From assembly GCF_001642725.1 (NCBI RefSeq), contig NZ_LSUQ01000009.1:1-64000 (forward strand): DNA of 64,000 nt, given 5' to 3'. Origin of the DNA: Ferroacidibacillus organovorans. Lineage in GTDB: Bacteria > Bacillota > Bacilli > Alicyclobacillales > SLC66. Under the pieces are notes generated by a model. That model ran no database searches. It had not been told where the DNA came from and worked only from the letters and a program-made list of their open reading frames with translations. Below, one piece after another: positions 19,809 through 29,032 of the stretch. The first letter of the stretch is position 1. Every line of letters starts with the position of its first letter. A program made the translations under genes and the position numbers.

Positions 19809-20084
19809 CTTAGCAAACGATTTACTCTTACCTATGGTTTTGGATTATAGCATCGACTGGATTTCTTGTCATCCTTACATGCCAGATCTCCGAAACCTAC
19901 ATTGCATAATATGCCATAGTTGCGCCACTCAGCGTGTTTGGCAATTTTCTTCTGGCTTTTTTCATCAATACTACGAGTGTCGAACGACAACTCATTTCTC
20001 GTGGTAAAGGGTTGCAAATCGTGCCTGTTCGAATCAACATGGTTGGACAAACCATGTTTTACAGGTCTTGGGCGGACTTTCATC

Positions 20085-22532
20085 CTAGATCTCGTGGGCC
20101 ACCTCCGGCGCCAAATTGTATAAATCTCTATCCAAAACCTCCACAAAAGGCGACCAATCACTTACGGAGTAAAGCATGAGCCGGTGCATCGCCCGTGTAC
20201 AAGCTGTGTAAAGAAGCTTGCGTTCATTTTCCTGTCGATAAACTTGAGAAGAAGTGTCATAGATCAGTACTGCATCAAACTCGACACCTTTGGCGAGATA
20301 TACCGGAATCACCAACACTCCTTTCTCAAAGGTGAGCGTTTTCTTCGTAATGAGCAAGAGACCTTCGCACCCTTGAATCCCTAATGTTTCATATGCCTTG
20401 CGACTTTCGGCTGCGGTTTTCGTAATGACGGCGATCGAGTCAAAACCTTCAGCTCTAAGTGACGCGATGTCTCTTCGCATTTGCGCGTCTCGGATTTCAT
20501 CACTTTCTAAACGAATGAGTTCTGGCTTTTTCCCACTTCTGTCAAAGGGAACAATTTCATCTCCGGCGGAGAGCAATTTTTTCGTAAACATCACGATTTC
20601 ACGGGTCGAACGATAACTGCGATTAAGGCAAATCATGTTTGTTCCAGCTTCACCGAAGAGCTTGAAGAGAGGAGAGTCTGATTCGTGCAAAGAAGTGGAC
20701 TGCATGAAAATCGCCTGCCGGAAATCACCGAGTACCGTCATACGAGCACGAGGAAATCGTTTCTTTAGGTACTCGTATTGAAATGGAGAATAATCCTGGC
20801 CCTCATCCACGAAGACGTATTTTATCTGTGTATTGGTCCGAACACCTTCAATCCTTTCTTTTAGATACAAATACGGTGTCGCGTCTTCATAGAACAATTC
20901 GAGTCGATTTAATTTATCTCTCGTCTGTTCGCATATCTCAGACCATAGTGAGGGCATATCCGATTCGTGGGTCATCTCAAGAATCGTTGTTTGATCGCTG
21001 AACATCTGCGCGTACAGCCCTTGGACATGGATGAACATCCGTTTTTTGACGCTTCGCCTAAGTGGCTTAAAACTCTCTTTTACAATTTTATGGTGGAGCA
21101 GTTCTTCCTCCTGATGAGCGAAGGTAAAGTCACCTTCGTCTTTTCGCAGTTTTTTATGAATTTTTTCTTGAATTTCGGCATATTGCTCGGCTATGTCAAA
21201 AACTTCTCGATCCTTGTGCAATTCGCCAAAGACTTCCGCATATTGGTCATTGTCGAGGTAATTCAATTCTTCCAGAACCCATTCCGCATCAATCTCCCTT
21301 CGTTCCAACAATACGAGTTCATCGAGCAACCATTTTTGCAACAGCTCAACGCGATCACTCAAGTGCAAAGATGGGGGAGTGCTGTAAAATTGCGATCTCA
21401 TTTGCTCTGCTGAAATCAATTCACGCTCGCGAAACCAAATGCTGTTGAACATCATCCCTTTGCTTCCTAGCCCCAATACATATTGGTTCAGGGCATTCAA
21501 AAAACCTGTAGACGCCTTATACTTCATCCCTTGAAGACGGGCCGCGTACTCTGACGTCTGATGCGCGGTCAGTTCATATTCGAGCTGATCAAAGAGATCT
21601 TCAATACGAAACGATGCACCTAGACCATCTTCGAGATATTCCTGAAACGTTGTCTGCTGCATATTCTCTTCACCAAGTTCTGGAAGAACGGTAGACACAT
21701 AGCTGTTAAATATCGGATTAGGAGAGAAAAGAATGATCTGGTCCGCTTTGAGCGTGTCTCGGTTTTTGTACAACAAGTACGCGACACGCTGCAATGCAGA
21801 GGAGGTCTTACCGCTGCCTGCAGCGCCCTGCACGATGAGCATCCGACTTTTATCGTCTCGGATCATAGCATTTTGTTCTTTCTGAATGGTTGCAACGATA
21901 CTCTTCATTTCTGAATCCGCGCCTTTGCTGAGCACCTGCTGCAACAATTCATCACCGATGGTTACGTTCGCATCAAACATCGTAACGATCTGCCCACCTT
22001 GAATCTGAAATTGTCGCTTTAATTCCATCAGACCGGTGATTCGCCCATAGGGTGCGTCATAAAAGGCCGGACCTGGAGAATGGTCGTAGTACATGCTCGC
22101 GATGGGCGAACGCCAATCATAGACCAGAAAATTGAGTCCATCTTCGTCTAGAAACGACGATACGCCAATATAGATCTGTTCAGTATCATTCAGACCCACC
22201 TCTTGAAAATCGATGCGTCCAAAATAAGGATTACGAAGCAACCGATTTAAACTCTTCCACTGCTGAATAAGCAGGTTATGTCCGCGCTCTCGTTCTGATA
22301 AAACTGCCGTTTGCTGGTTAATCGCGTAAAATGTTTCTTCAAAATCTTCATGCGTGCTAGTATTAACCGTTACGTCCTCCCAAAAATGTTTGCGAATGGA
22401 CGTCACTTGATCGCGAAAGTTGGCCATCGCGGGCTCCAACTCTGCGATTCTCACCTCGAGCTTCGCACGGATGTGGTTCAGCCTATCTTGTTCAACAAGC
22501 CATTCCTTTGCATCCATCCATACCAGCTCCAT
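20085..22532 (-). CDS. helD: RNA polymerase recycling motor HelD (UvrD-like ATPase)
   Basis: 'PYFGRIDF', 'DWRSPIASMYY', 'MKSIVATIQKEQN', Walker A 'GAAGSGKT', 'VLPELGE', 'DEGQDY', 'SYRST', 'AKGVEFDAV'. Confidence 0.95.
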   Translation of the reverse strand: MELVWMDAKEWLVEQDRLNHIRAKLEVRIAELEPAMANFRDQVTSIRKHFWEDVTVNTSTHEDFEETFYAINQQTAVLSERERGHNLLIQQWKSLNRLLRNPYFGRIDFQEVGLNDTEQIYIGVSSFLDEDGLNFLVYDWRSPIASMYYDHSPGPAFYDAPYGRITGLMELKRQFQIQGGQIVTMFDANVTIGDELLQQVLSKGADSEMKSIVATIQKEQNAMIRDDKSRMLIVQGAAGSGKTSSALQRVAYLLYKNRDTLKADQIILFSPNPIFNSYVSTVLPELGEENMQQTTFQEYLEDGLGASFRIEDLFDQLEYELTAHQTSEYAARLQGMKYKASTGFLNALNQYVLGLGSKGMMFNSIWFRERELISAEQMRSQFYSTPPSLHLSDRVELLQKWLLDELVLLERREIDAEWVLEELNYLDNDQYAEVFGELHKDREVFDIAEQYAEIQEKIHKKLRKDEGDFTFAHQEEELLHHKIVKESFKPLRRSVKKRMFIHVQGLYAQMFSDQTTILEMTHESDMPSLWSEICEQTRDKLNRLELFYEDATPYLYLKERIEGVRTNTQIKYVFVDEGQDYSPFQYEYLKKRFPRARMTVLGDFRQAIFMQSTSLHESDSPLFKLFGEAGTNMICLNRSYRSTREIVMFTKKLLSAGDEIVPFDRSGKKPELIRLESDEIRDAQMRRDIASLRAEGFDSIAVITKTAAESRKAYETLGIQGCEGLLLITKKTLTFEKGVLVIPVYLAKGVEFDAVLIYDTSSQVYRQENERKLLYTACTRAMHRLMLYSVSDWSPFVEVLDRDLYNLAPEVAHEI

Positions 22533-22588
22533 TCACCAACAAATAGAAAATGCTTGTCAATTCACGAAAAAATCTTACCAAAGAGCAT

Positions 22589-22617
22589 TTGACAAACGTC
22601 TCCCGTCGTGTTATGAT
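22589..22617 (+). promoter_or_regulatory. Near-consensus sigma-A promoter pointing antisense into the helD promoter
   Basis: TTGACA-17 bp-TATGAT with extended -10 TG. Confidence 0.75.
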
Positions 22618-22670
22618 ACATAATATAAGATAGATTATATTATGTTTATTAATTTGACGTTCGTGCTTTA

Positions 22671-22699
22671 AGTATACTACTGCGTGTTTTTTTGTGCAA
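22671..22699 (-). promoter_or_regulatory. Predicted helD sense sigma-A promoter
   Basis: TTGCAC-17 bp-TATACT on the minus strand. Confidence 0.65.
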
Positions 22700-22886
22700 T
22701 TAAAAAGATCTGATAAAAATTTAAAAGTACCCGAGACCCCTCGTCAATTTAATCCATCCAGGATTTTCTTTCACATTGAATCAGACATTGCTTTAAAGAT
22801 GATCTTATTTACTCAGGCAACCCCTGCCATCCCCGCTCTTCCCCTAATACGAAACATGATTGTCAGTTTATCAATAGATATAGCAC

Positions 22887-22937
22887 TTGACGGATTCAAA
22901 ATCGTTACTTAGAATTCTATATATAGATATCTATGTA
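22887..22937 (+). promoter_or_regulatory. padR promoter with downstream palindromic operator
   Basis: TTGACG-17 bp-TAGAAT followed by the near-perfect palindrome TATATAGATATCTATGTA (22920-22937). Confidence 0.65.
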
Positions 22938-22976
22938 ATCCTTAAATACAGTCCATCTCGACAGGAGGTACAGCGC

Positions 22977-23321
22977 GTGGACGCTTTAATGCCATCATTG
23001 CCGACATTACTTGTCTTGCGGGCGCTTGAGAGCGGTCCCATGCACGGATACAAGATCGCGCGTTGGATCGAACAGAAATCAACCGATACTTTGATCATGA
23101 AAGAGGGAACTTTGTACCCTCTTTTGCACCAATTAGAACGCAAAGGTTACCTAAAGAGTGATTGGCAAGCGGTCGAGTCAGAGCGAAAAGTCAAAGTGTA
23201 CACGCTGACCGAAAAAGGAAGTGGACACTTGGAAAACGAGCGTCAGGAGTGGAGTTTACGCACTGAAGTGGTACAACGCGTACTTTTTGGAAAGGAGGCA
23301 ACGTCCTATGGAGTGGTTTGA
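22977..23321 (+). CDS. PadR-family transcriptional regulator
   Basis: 'GPMHGYKI', 'EGTLYPLLHQLERKG', 'KVYTLTEKG'; GGAGG 8 nt before GTG 22977. Confidence 0.93.
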   Translation: MDALMPSLPTLLVLRALESGPMHGYKIARWIEQKSTDTLIMKEGTLYPLLHQLERKGYLKSDWQAVESERKVKVYTLTEKGSGHLENERQEWSLRTEVVQRVLFGKEATSYGVV

Positions 23322-24630
23322 TTTTCTGGAGTTTGTAACAGAAGGCATTAAAGATAACGAAACTGCATCTGTCGTACGTCGGGAGCTCTATCTCCACATG
23401 AAGTTTTCTTCCGAAGAATTACAGAGCCAAGGAATGGACGCAAATGAATCGAGACGTTTAGCGCTCATACGTATGGGAGACTCGAATGAACTGCGCGCCG
23501 CATTTACCCCTGCCAAGTTGGAAGAACCTTGTCAACCAGTACACCTATTGTCTGATTTTATTGCGGAAAAGAACGATCCGCCAGCGGAGCTTGTCGTTCG
23601 ATATGCTTTTCGATCGCTAAGCCTGATTGGACTTTTTATCGCTGTGTTGGCAACTTCAGGCGAAGGAAACACTTATTCCGCCATTCTGCCAGATCTATTT
23701 TTACTCATACCTGGGGTGATCCTACTCGTAGCCGCAGAAAAATTTACTCCAAGGCTCCCCGCTCTTCAAACGTTCAGATATCCAGTCAAACACACAAGAG
23801 TACTATGGATGATTGGCGCGATGTGCGGAGGTTTCGCCGGCTTAGCCCCTTTACTAAACGTTTCTCCATCTGTGGCGCCGTCAATGATTTCCTTTAATGA
23901 GGTTAATTTTTTGACGATTGCAGGAATCGTAGCGGTGATTGGTTGGACAAGGAGAGTGTGGTCTATTCATCAGTTAACGTGGCGACCCTTTCTCATTTCC
24001 GGGCAAGTCATGTTGTCCTACTTTTTGGCTAGCATCCCAACGGTCATGCTCTCTGAGAGAATGCTCGCCATCTGGACTATGGAATCAAATCAAAATGGTT
24101 GGGTGCAGTTTGAAAGTCAGGTATTCGCTCCTAATTTTTACAGTAATATGATCATGTTACTCGGAGTTGTTTTGATCGCGAGTTCACTCGCGTCTGAATA
24201 CAGACTCCCTCTTCGGAAAAATACTACGGATGATTTCATTTGGCCCGAGTTGCCCAATGAACCTTGGATCACGTTTATATCAAAGTACTGGCTACAGATT
24301 GCCTGCGGGTGCGTCACGGGTCTATGGGTGGGACAAGCCACGAACGCTTTTACGCCTTTGCTGGTCATTGGGTTTCCCATCGCCTTGGCAACTTTTTTTA
24401 TCGGACTCGGCAAACCCATCGCAGACATTCGCCATAAGAAGCGCATGACATACGCGTGGAAAACCGCGACCGGCCTTTTCGTAGGCTTTGCAATTGGGGC
24501 CATAAGCAGTTTTCGATTTTCCGCTTTCGTTTTAGAAACCAGCGTATTTGCATTGTTCACCTATCTTACGACACTCGCTGCATATCGCTTGCTCGCACAT
24601 TTGAGAAGAGAAACTCACACAACATCCTGA
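23308..24630 (+). CDS. Multi-pass membrane protein with N-terminal HAAS/permease-prefix-like helical domain
   Basis: 'VRRELYLHM...EELQSQGM...ALIRMGD' followed by many TM segments; overlaps the padR stop; AAGGAGG RBS. Confidence 0.75.
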   Translation: MEWFDFLEFVTEGIKDNETASVVRRELYLHMKFSSEELQSQGMDANESRRLALIRMGDSNELRAAFTPAKLEEPCQPVHLLSDFIAEKNDPPAELVVRYAFRSLSLIGLFIAVLATSGEGNTYSAILPDLFLLIPGVILLVAAEKFTPRLPALQTFRYPVKHTRVLWMIGAMCGGFAGLAPLLNVSPSVAPSMISFNEVNFLTIAGIVAVIGWTRRVWSIHQLTWRPFLISGQVMLSYFLASIPTVMLSERMLAIWTMESNQNGWVQFESQVFAPNFYSNMIMLLGVVLIASSLASEYRLPLRKNTTDDFIWPELPNEPWITFISKYWLQIACGCVTGLWVGQATNAFTPLLVIGFPIALATFFIGLGKPIADIRHKKRMTYAWKTATGLFVGFAIGAISSFRFSAFVLETSVFALFTYLTTLAAYRLLAHLRRETHTTS

Positions 24631-24718
24631 GAAAAGAGAAACATAAGGCAGAGGAATTCACGTGTCTACCTTTCGCTTACGCAACCCATCTGCCATCCTA
24701 AAAGAACTCATCTCGCAT

Positions 24719-24769
24719 TCATAACAGCAGTGAGACACGTGACATCGCTCGCGTCCCACTGCTGTTATG
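24719..24769. terminator. Hairpin between convergent genes
   Basis: CATAACAGCAGTG...CACTGCTGTTATG long stem. Confidence 0.6.
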
Positions 24770-24779
24770 ACATCCCAAA

Positions 24780-26015
24780 TTACAATGTGAGCATGTTCAT
24801 ATTTTCGATGTACTCGGTTTCCGGATCGTGATGTAGAGTCTCAGCCGCATCCTTGTTTAATCCATCGTGACTATCCTCTACAAGCCCTGTATTTGAGCGC
24901 AACTTTGTTCGAATCACTCCACATTGTTCCTCCGTTCCTTTGATGATGCCAGTATTGACGACAGATTCAACTTTTCCGGCTAGTAGTTCTGGATCGATGT
25001 TGCTCGATAAATTCAGAATACCCGACACGACTAAACCCAATTTCTCTTGGGTGTATATCAACTCAGACTTGGTGAGTTTGTACTCACCTTCAATCACGAA
25101 CAGTTTTCCACTGTAGTCCAAAAATGAAACGTTAACATCGTCGCTACGTTGATAAACCGTTAACTTCAACGCCTTGCGACAAATGATCTGACCAGATACA
25201 TGCAATCGCCGAATGGATTTTTCAACATTTTCAACTGAAACGTCATCAGTGATTCTCAAGTCTCCAGAAATGTACACATCCGCTTCATCGAAACATAAGA
25301 CAGAAAACTCGTCAAGAACGAGATCACCTTCGAAGAACTGTGCACCTGTGGGGATCACTTTCAATGCACATTGGTGTGAATTGTGCAATTTGGAGTTTAA
25401 GACTTCCAAGTATTCTTCTCGAATGTAGACTTCACCCAAAAACTCAACGCGATCAATTTTTTCACAAAACAGTTCTGCATTGATCTTCTCTGTCATTTTA
25501 ACAGTTCCTATGATGACGAGCTTTGCACCAGATTGGAGCGACTGCAGAAAGTGGTTGTTCAACTGCGCATCTCTCAATACGAGATCAGCATCATCCATAT
25601 ATGCAATAACATTGCCGTTATGCGAGCGTGTCTTGTTTGAAATTTCTCCAACCAAACGTTTCGGACAATAAATTCTACCGTTTACAAACAGCAAAGCCAG
25701 CCCGTCACGCAAAAGATCTTCAGAAACGTCTGGTTGTACAATCGTTCGACCGTTCACACATACACTCAATGGTTCCAAACGACCCGATAGAACACTCTTG
25801 CTCAATTCGTAACTTCCATTCACAAATGTGACGCCAGACGGCACCGCGATGGAAAGGTTGACGTTTCTCTGCGATGTCTTGGCCAATGTGGGAGCAAGAC
25901 GTTCATGATAAACAAATATATTGATGTTTTCAATGGCTTTAATTCCTTCAATACGCTCTATTGTTGCATTTGACATGTCAAGCATGTTCACATTACGAAT
26001 AACCTTAGGCATCAA
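24780..26015 (-). CDS. Hypothetical soluble protein with four ~80-aa tandem repeats
   Basis: Uninterrupted 411-aa ORF, GGGAG RBS, overlapping the sigma stop; internal repeats visible by eye. Confidence 0.8.
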   Translation of the reverse strand: MMPKVIRNVNMLDMSNATIERIEGIKAIENINIFVYHERLAPTLAKTSQRNVNLSIAVPSGVTFVNGSYELSKSVLSGRLEPLSVCVNGRTIVQPDVSEDLLRDGLALLFVNGRIYCPKRLVGEISNKTRSHNGNVIAYMDDADLVLRDAQLNNHFLQSLQSGAKLVIIGTVKMTEKINAELFCEKIDRVEFLGEVYIREEYLEVLNSKLHNSHQCALKVIPTGAQFFEGDLVLDEFSVLCFDEADVYISGDLRITDDVSVENVEKSIRRLHVSGQIICRKALKLTVYQRSDDVNVSFLDYSGKLFVIEGEYKLTKSELIYTQEKLGLVVSGILNLSSNIDPELLAGKVESVVNTGIIKGTEEQCGVIRTKLRSNTGLVEDSHDGLNKDAAETLHHDPETEYIENMNMLTL

Positions 26016-26568
26016 AATCTCTCCCTTTCAATTGATGTTCGAAAACACACTTGTTTTGATCAGGGTGGTCATGATCCATCTGCAAAGGAAAAGTTGCACG
26101 CAATCGCTTTATCGCAGCACGCAATCGAGCGCGAACTGTTGCATCAGGAATTTTCAACCGTTTGGCCATCTCCCGACTGCTCAATCCCTGCCAATAGCGC
26201 AGTATGATTATGTCGCGTAGATTTGCGGGGAGCCGATTCAAAAGATCCTGATACTCAAGTCGAGCCGTAAAATGCGTCATGCGAAACGTAGTGTCAACTG
26301 AGCCACTCATTTGATGCTTCTCAGATTCCAGCCATCGGCTTTCCAATTGTCGACGACGTTGTCGATCTCTCCAAAGATTTTTCGCCACTGTGTACAGCCA
26401 AGCGCGTTGATTCGTCTCAAACATGGTCGAAAGTTGCACAATGTGCGCCATCGCACGTTCGAATGTATCCTGCACAAGATCTTCAGCGTCTCGCTCAGAT
26501 CGTGTGAGACCTCTAGCAAATCGAGCAAGTGATACTTTATGAACCTGATAGAGATCTTCAATCCCCGT
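26005..26568 (-). CDS. ECF RNA polymerase sigma factor with anomalous start (in-frame ACG or frameshift)
   Basis: In-frame 'EDLYQVHKVSLARFARGLTRSERDAEDLVQDTF', 'AWLYTVAKN', region 4 'LSSREMAKRLKIPDATVRARL'. Confidence 0.85.
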   Translation of the reverse strand, partial: TGIEDLYQVHKVSLARFARGLTRSERDAEDLVQDTFERAMAHIVQLSTMFETNQRAWLYTVAKNLWRDRQRRRQLESRWLESEKHQMSGSVDTTFRMTHFTARLEYQDLLNRLPANLRDIIILRYWQGLSSREMAKRLKIPDATVRARLRAAIKRLRATFPLQMDHDHPDQNKCVFEHQLKGRDFDA

Positions 26569-26655
26569 TTCTCATCGCCCCCTAAGCCATCCGCGTCATT
26601 CTGACATGCCCATCGCGCCGGCGCTAAAATGGACTGTAAGAAACCGTACACTTGA

Positions 26656-26683
26656 TAAACGAAAAGTAGAGGAAAAGTGTTGA
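26656..26683 (-). promoter_or_regulatory. Putative ECF-type autoregulatory promoter
   Basis: TCAACA-16 bp-CGTTTA (AAC/CGT cores) upstream of the ECF gene. Confidence 0.45.
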
Positions 26684-26881
26684 TCGATCAGATCATCAAA
26701 TTTTCAAAACTCGGGGCCACAGCTGTTCCATTGGTGTTTGCCTACTTGCTCGCAGGAACGAGGATAGAATATACATTTCATATTTTCGATGAATATTTCG
26801 CTTTTTATTTCGCTTGAATTATAAAATAGTATGAAGTGTCTCCTGATTTACAAAACTTACATTGCAACAAAGTCGACTCGA

Positions 26882-27298
26882 TCAGCGTCCATCGTTTCGC
26901 ATCCAGGGTGTGCGTGTCAATCCCATGAGCGCCCCATCCGGCGAGATAAGGCGTGTCACCGTTTGCCCCCATGGTTCTTCGCGATTGCTCACTAAGCAGT
27001 GGTACCCCAGCGCCACCAGTTCCTTTGTCGCCTCAGCTACATCGTCGACGTCCATTTCAATCCAAGTGCGCGGTTCGGGTACATCGCTTGGCCAATGAGG
27101 CGTGCCGAAACACGACTCGGCAGCTTGAGACAGCGGCCACAGCGCAAAGTGTTTTACCCCATCCAAGTTTCCTGTATGTACGTAGTCACCGACGCGCTCA
27201 AAATCGATTCCTAAGACCCCTTGATAAAAACGGGACGTGTCATTGACCAGCTCATCCCGAACAATCGAGCCAAATCCAGCCACAAATAAGATCTTCAT
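26882..27298 (-). CDS. VOC/glyoxalase family protein
   Basis: 'FYQGVLGIDF', 'EMDVDDV', 'EEPWGQTVTRLISPDG'. Confidence 0.88.
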   Translation of the reverse strand: MKILFVAGFGSIVRDELVNDTSRFYQGVLGIDFERVGDYVHTGNLDGVKHFALWPLSQAAESCFGTPHWPSDVPEPRTWIEMDVDDVAEATKELVALGYHCLVSNREEPWGQTVTRLISPDGALMGLTRTPWMRNDGR

Positions 27299-27310
27299 GC
27301 CATCTACCCC

Positions 27311-27817
27311 CTATTCGAATAGGCCTTCCATGACAACCAAATCTGTATCCGGCGGCGCATAGCCGAGACACCGCGCCATCGCGACAATTTGTCCCTTATG
27401 ATGAAACTCGTGTGTGATCGTGTGAGTCATCAGCCAAAGGGGTGTAACACCCATTGAATCTTCAGCGTGATTATAGATAACTTCCGAGAGTCGGCTTTCG
27501 TAGACGCTCAGAAATTCATTCACCACCGCATCCGATATAGAAAACCAGTGACGGAGAACCGCCACATCCGCAGATTGGATCTCTTCATACGTCGGAAACT
27601 GCGGATAAGATCGAATCCGGGCAAACTTCACCAGCCAATGCATGTAGCACCCGGCTGCGTGGAGATGTGCATGCGCGATTGTGTCAAATCCAAAACCAGG
27701 AACCCTTTTATGCAACACATCTACGGGGAGGCTTTCCAAAAAGGAAAACAGCGTTTCGCGCGTCTTACGAATCAAGTCGTACTGTTCTGATAAAATATCT
27801 CTCACCGATAGGCTCAC
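27311..27817 (-). CDS. DinB family (DinB/YfiT-like metalloprotein)
   Basis: 'LWLMTHTITHEFHHKGQI...LGY.PPDTDL'; LexA box upstream. Confidence 0.9.
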   Translation of the reverse strand: MSLSVRDILSEQYDLIRKTRETLFSFLESLPVDVLHKRVPGFGFDTIAHAHLHAAGCYMHWLVKFARIRSYPQFPTYEEIQSADVAVLRHWFSISDAVVNEFLSVYESRLSEVIYNHAEDSMGVTPLWLMTHTITHEFHHKGQIVAMARCLGYAPPDTDLVVMEGLFE

Positions 27818-27884
27818 TCCTCACCAAAATCAATCGACCATCAACGTTTATTGAGTCCCGCATTTGTTTACATTTCCATAATAC

Positions 27885-27898
27885 AGAACATACGTTCC
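27885..27898. promoter_or_regulatory. LexA (Cheo/SOS) box in the DinB-family promoter
   Basis: AGAAC-ATAC-GTTCC (GAAC-N4-GTTC) between TTGACC and TATTAT on the minus strand. Confidence 0.8.
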
Positions 27899-27903
27899 GT
27901 CGG

Positions 27904-28419
27904 TCAATGCCACTCAGCTAGATCGTCCCACACCACTGCATACTCGATCATCGGTTCACCCTCTAACTCTTCCATCTTCTCACTGAATTTCTTTCCACCC
28001 ATGTGCTCATAAAAACCAAGAGCTGGATTATTCTTCAAAACCCAGGCAAGCATGTTCTTGTATTGTTTCTCTTTCAAATGGTTTACAACTGCACGGATCA
28101 ATTCGCGCCCAATTCCATTTCCTTGAACCTCTTCAAATACATAGAGAGCATAGAGTTCACCTTGATAGATTGGATTGCCTGATCGCTCTTTGCCGCCAGT
28201 AGCAAATCCTACGATCCTGTTTTCATCATCTTCCGCTACAAACACTGGATTGTCTGGTTGATTCATCAAAACATGCGTCCACACTCGTTCCCTTTGTTCG
28301 TACGACAAATGATCCAAAATGCGATCAGGGATCATCCCTTTGTATGTCGTTCTCCAACTGTCCACATGCACTTTCGCAATGGAAACCGCGTCTTGCGGAT
28401 CGGCTTTTCGAATGATCAC
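27904..28419 (-). CDS. GNAT N-acetyltransferase
   Basis: 'HVDSWRTTYKG', 'GELYALYV...QGNGIG', 'FYEHMGG'. Confidence 0.92.
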   Translation of the reverse strand: MIIRKADPQDAVSIAKVHVDSWRTTYKGMIPDRILDHLSYEQRERVWTHVLMNQPDNPVFVAEDDENRIVGFATGGKERSGNPIYQGELYALYVFEEVQGNGIGRELIRAVVNHLKEKQYKNMLAWVLKNNPALGFYEHMGGKKFSEKMEELEGEPMIEYAVVWDDLAEWH

Positions 28420-28455
28420 CCATATTCCTCCACAGTCCGTTTATTTCCGCTTCCT

Positions 28456-28980
28456 TCACCAACCCATTCGGTTCCGAAGTGATGTGATATGTGCAATGTG
28501 GTGCCTGCCATGCCATGCATACAAACCAAGCGCTGTTTCAAGTGTAAGTACACCAGACTCTGGGTTCTTATAGCTACGTGCAAACTCCGCATCTTGCATT
28601 TCAGAAAGCAATGTATCAAAACGTTGATGAAGCGACGCTAAAAGTGTCAGTGACACCTCGATCGGAGTCCCTTGATAGTCAACCAATTGTGACCAGCGAT
28701 CTTCTTCATAGGTTTTAATCGTCGGTTGATCCTCTGTGAGCGCAAGTTTAAAACGAACATACGCATTCATATGACTATCCGGAAGATGATGAACAACTTG
28801 GCGAACGCTCCAACCATCAGGACGATAGGGTGTGTCCAATTGCGCAGATGTTAGATCCTTTATTGCGAATCGCAGCTGATTCGGTGTGTCAGCGAGTTGT
28901 GCAATCCATTCCTTTCGCTGGTCAGAAGAAATCTTATCTAGAGGAATGAATTTGCCGATTGGATAATGCAGATTTTCCAT
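28456..28980 (-). CDS. bstA: YfiT-family bacillithiol S-transferase
   Basis: 'YPIGKF', 'QLDTPYRPDGWSVRQVVHHLPDSHMN', 'YAWHGRHHIAHI'. Confidence 0.9.
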   Translation of the reverse strand: MENLHYPIGKFIPLDKISSDQRKEWIAQLADTPNQLRFAIKDLTSAQLDTPYRPDGWSVRQVVHHLPDSHMNAYVRFKLALTEDQPTIKTYEEDRWSQLVDYQGTPIEVSLTLLASLHQRFDTLLSEMQDAEFARSYKNPESGVLTLETALGLYAWHGRHHIAHITSLRNRMGW

Positions 28981-29032
28981 TTTTACTCCTCCTCTTAATT
29001 TTTAACAAGGCAAATCCCTACATCGAAGTCAT

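Noticed and set aside
19832..20161. 109-aa ORF overlapping the helD 3' end
   Set aside because: Alternative frame running through the riboswitch promoter; no motifs
22555..22560. Extra TTGACA on the minus strand near the helD start
   Set aside because: No -10 element at the proper spacing
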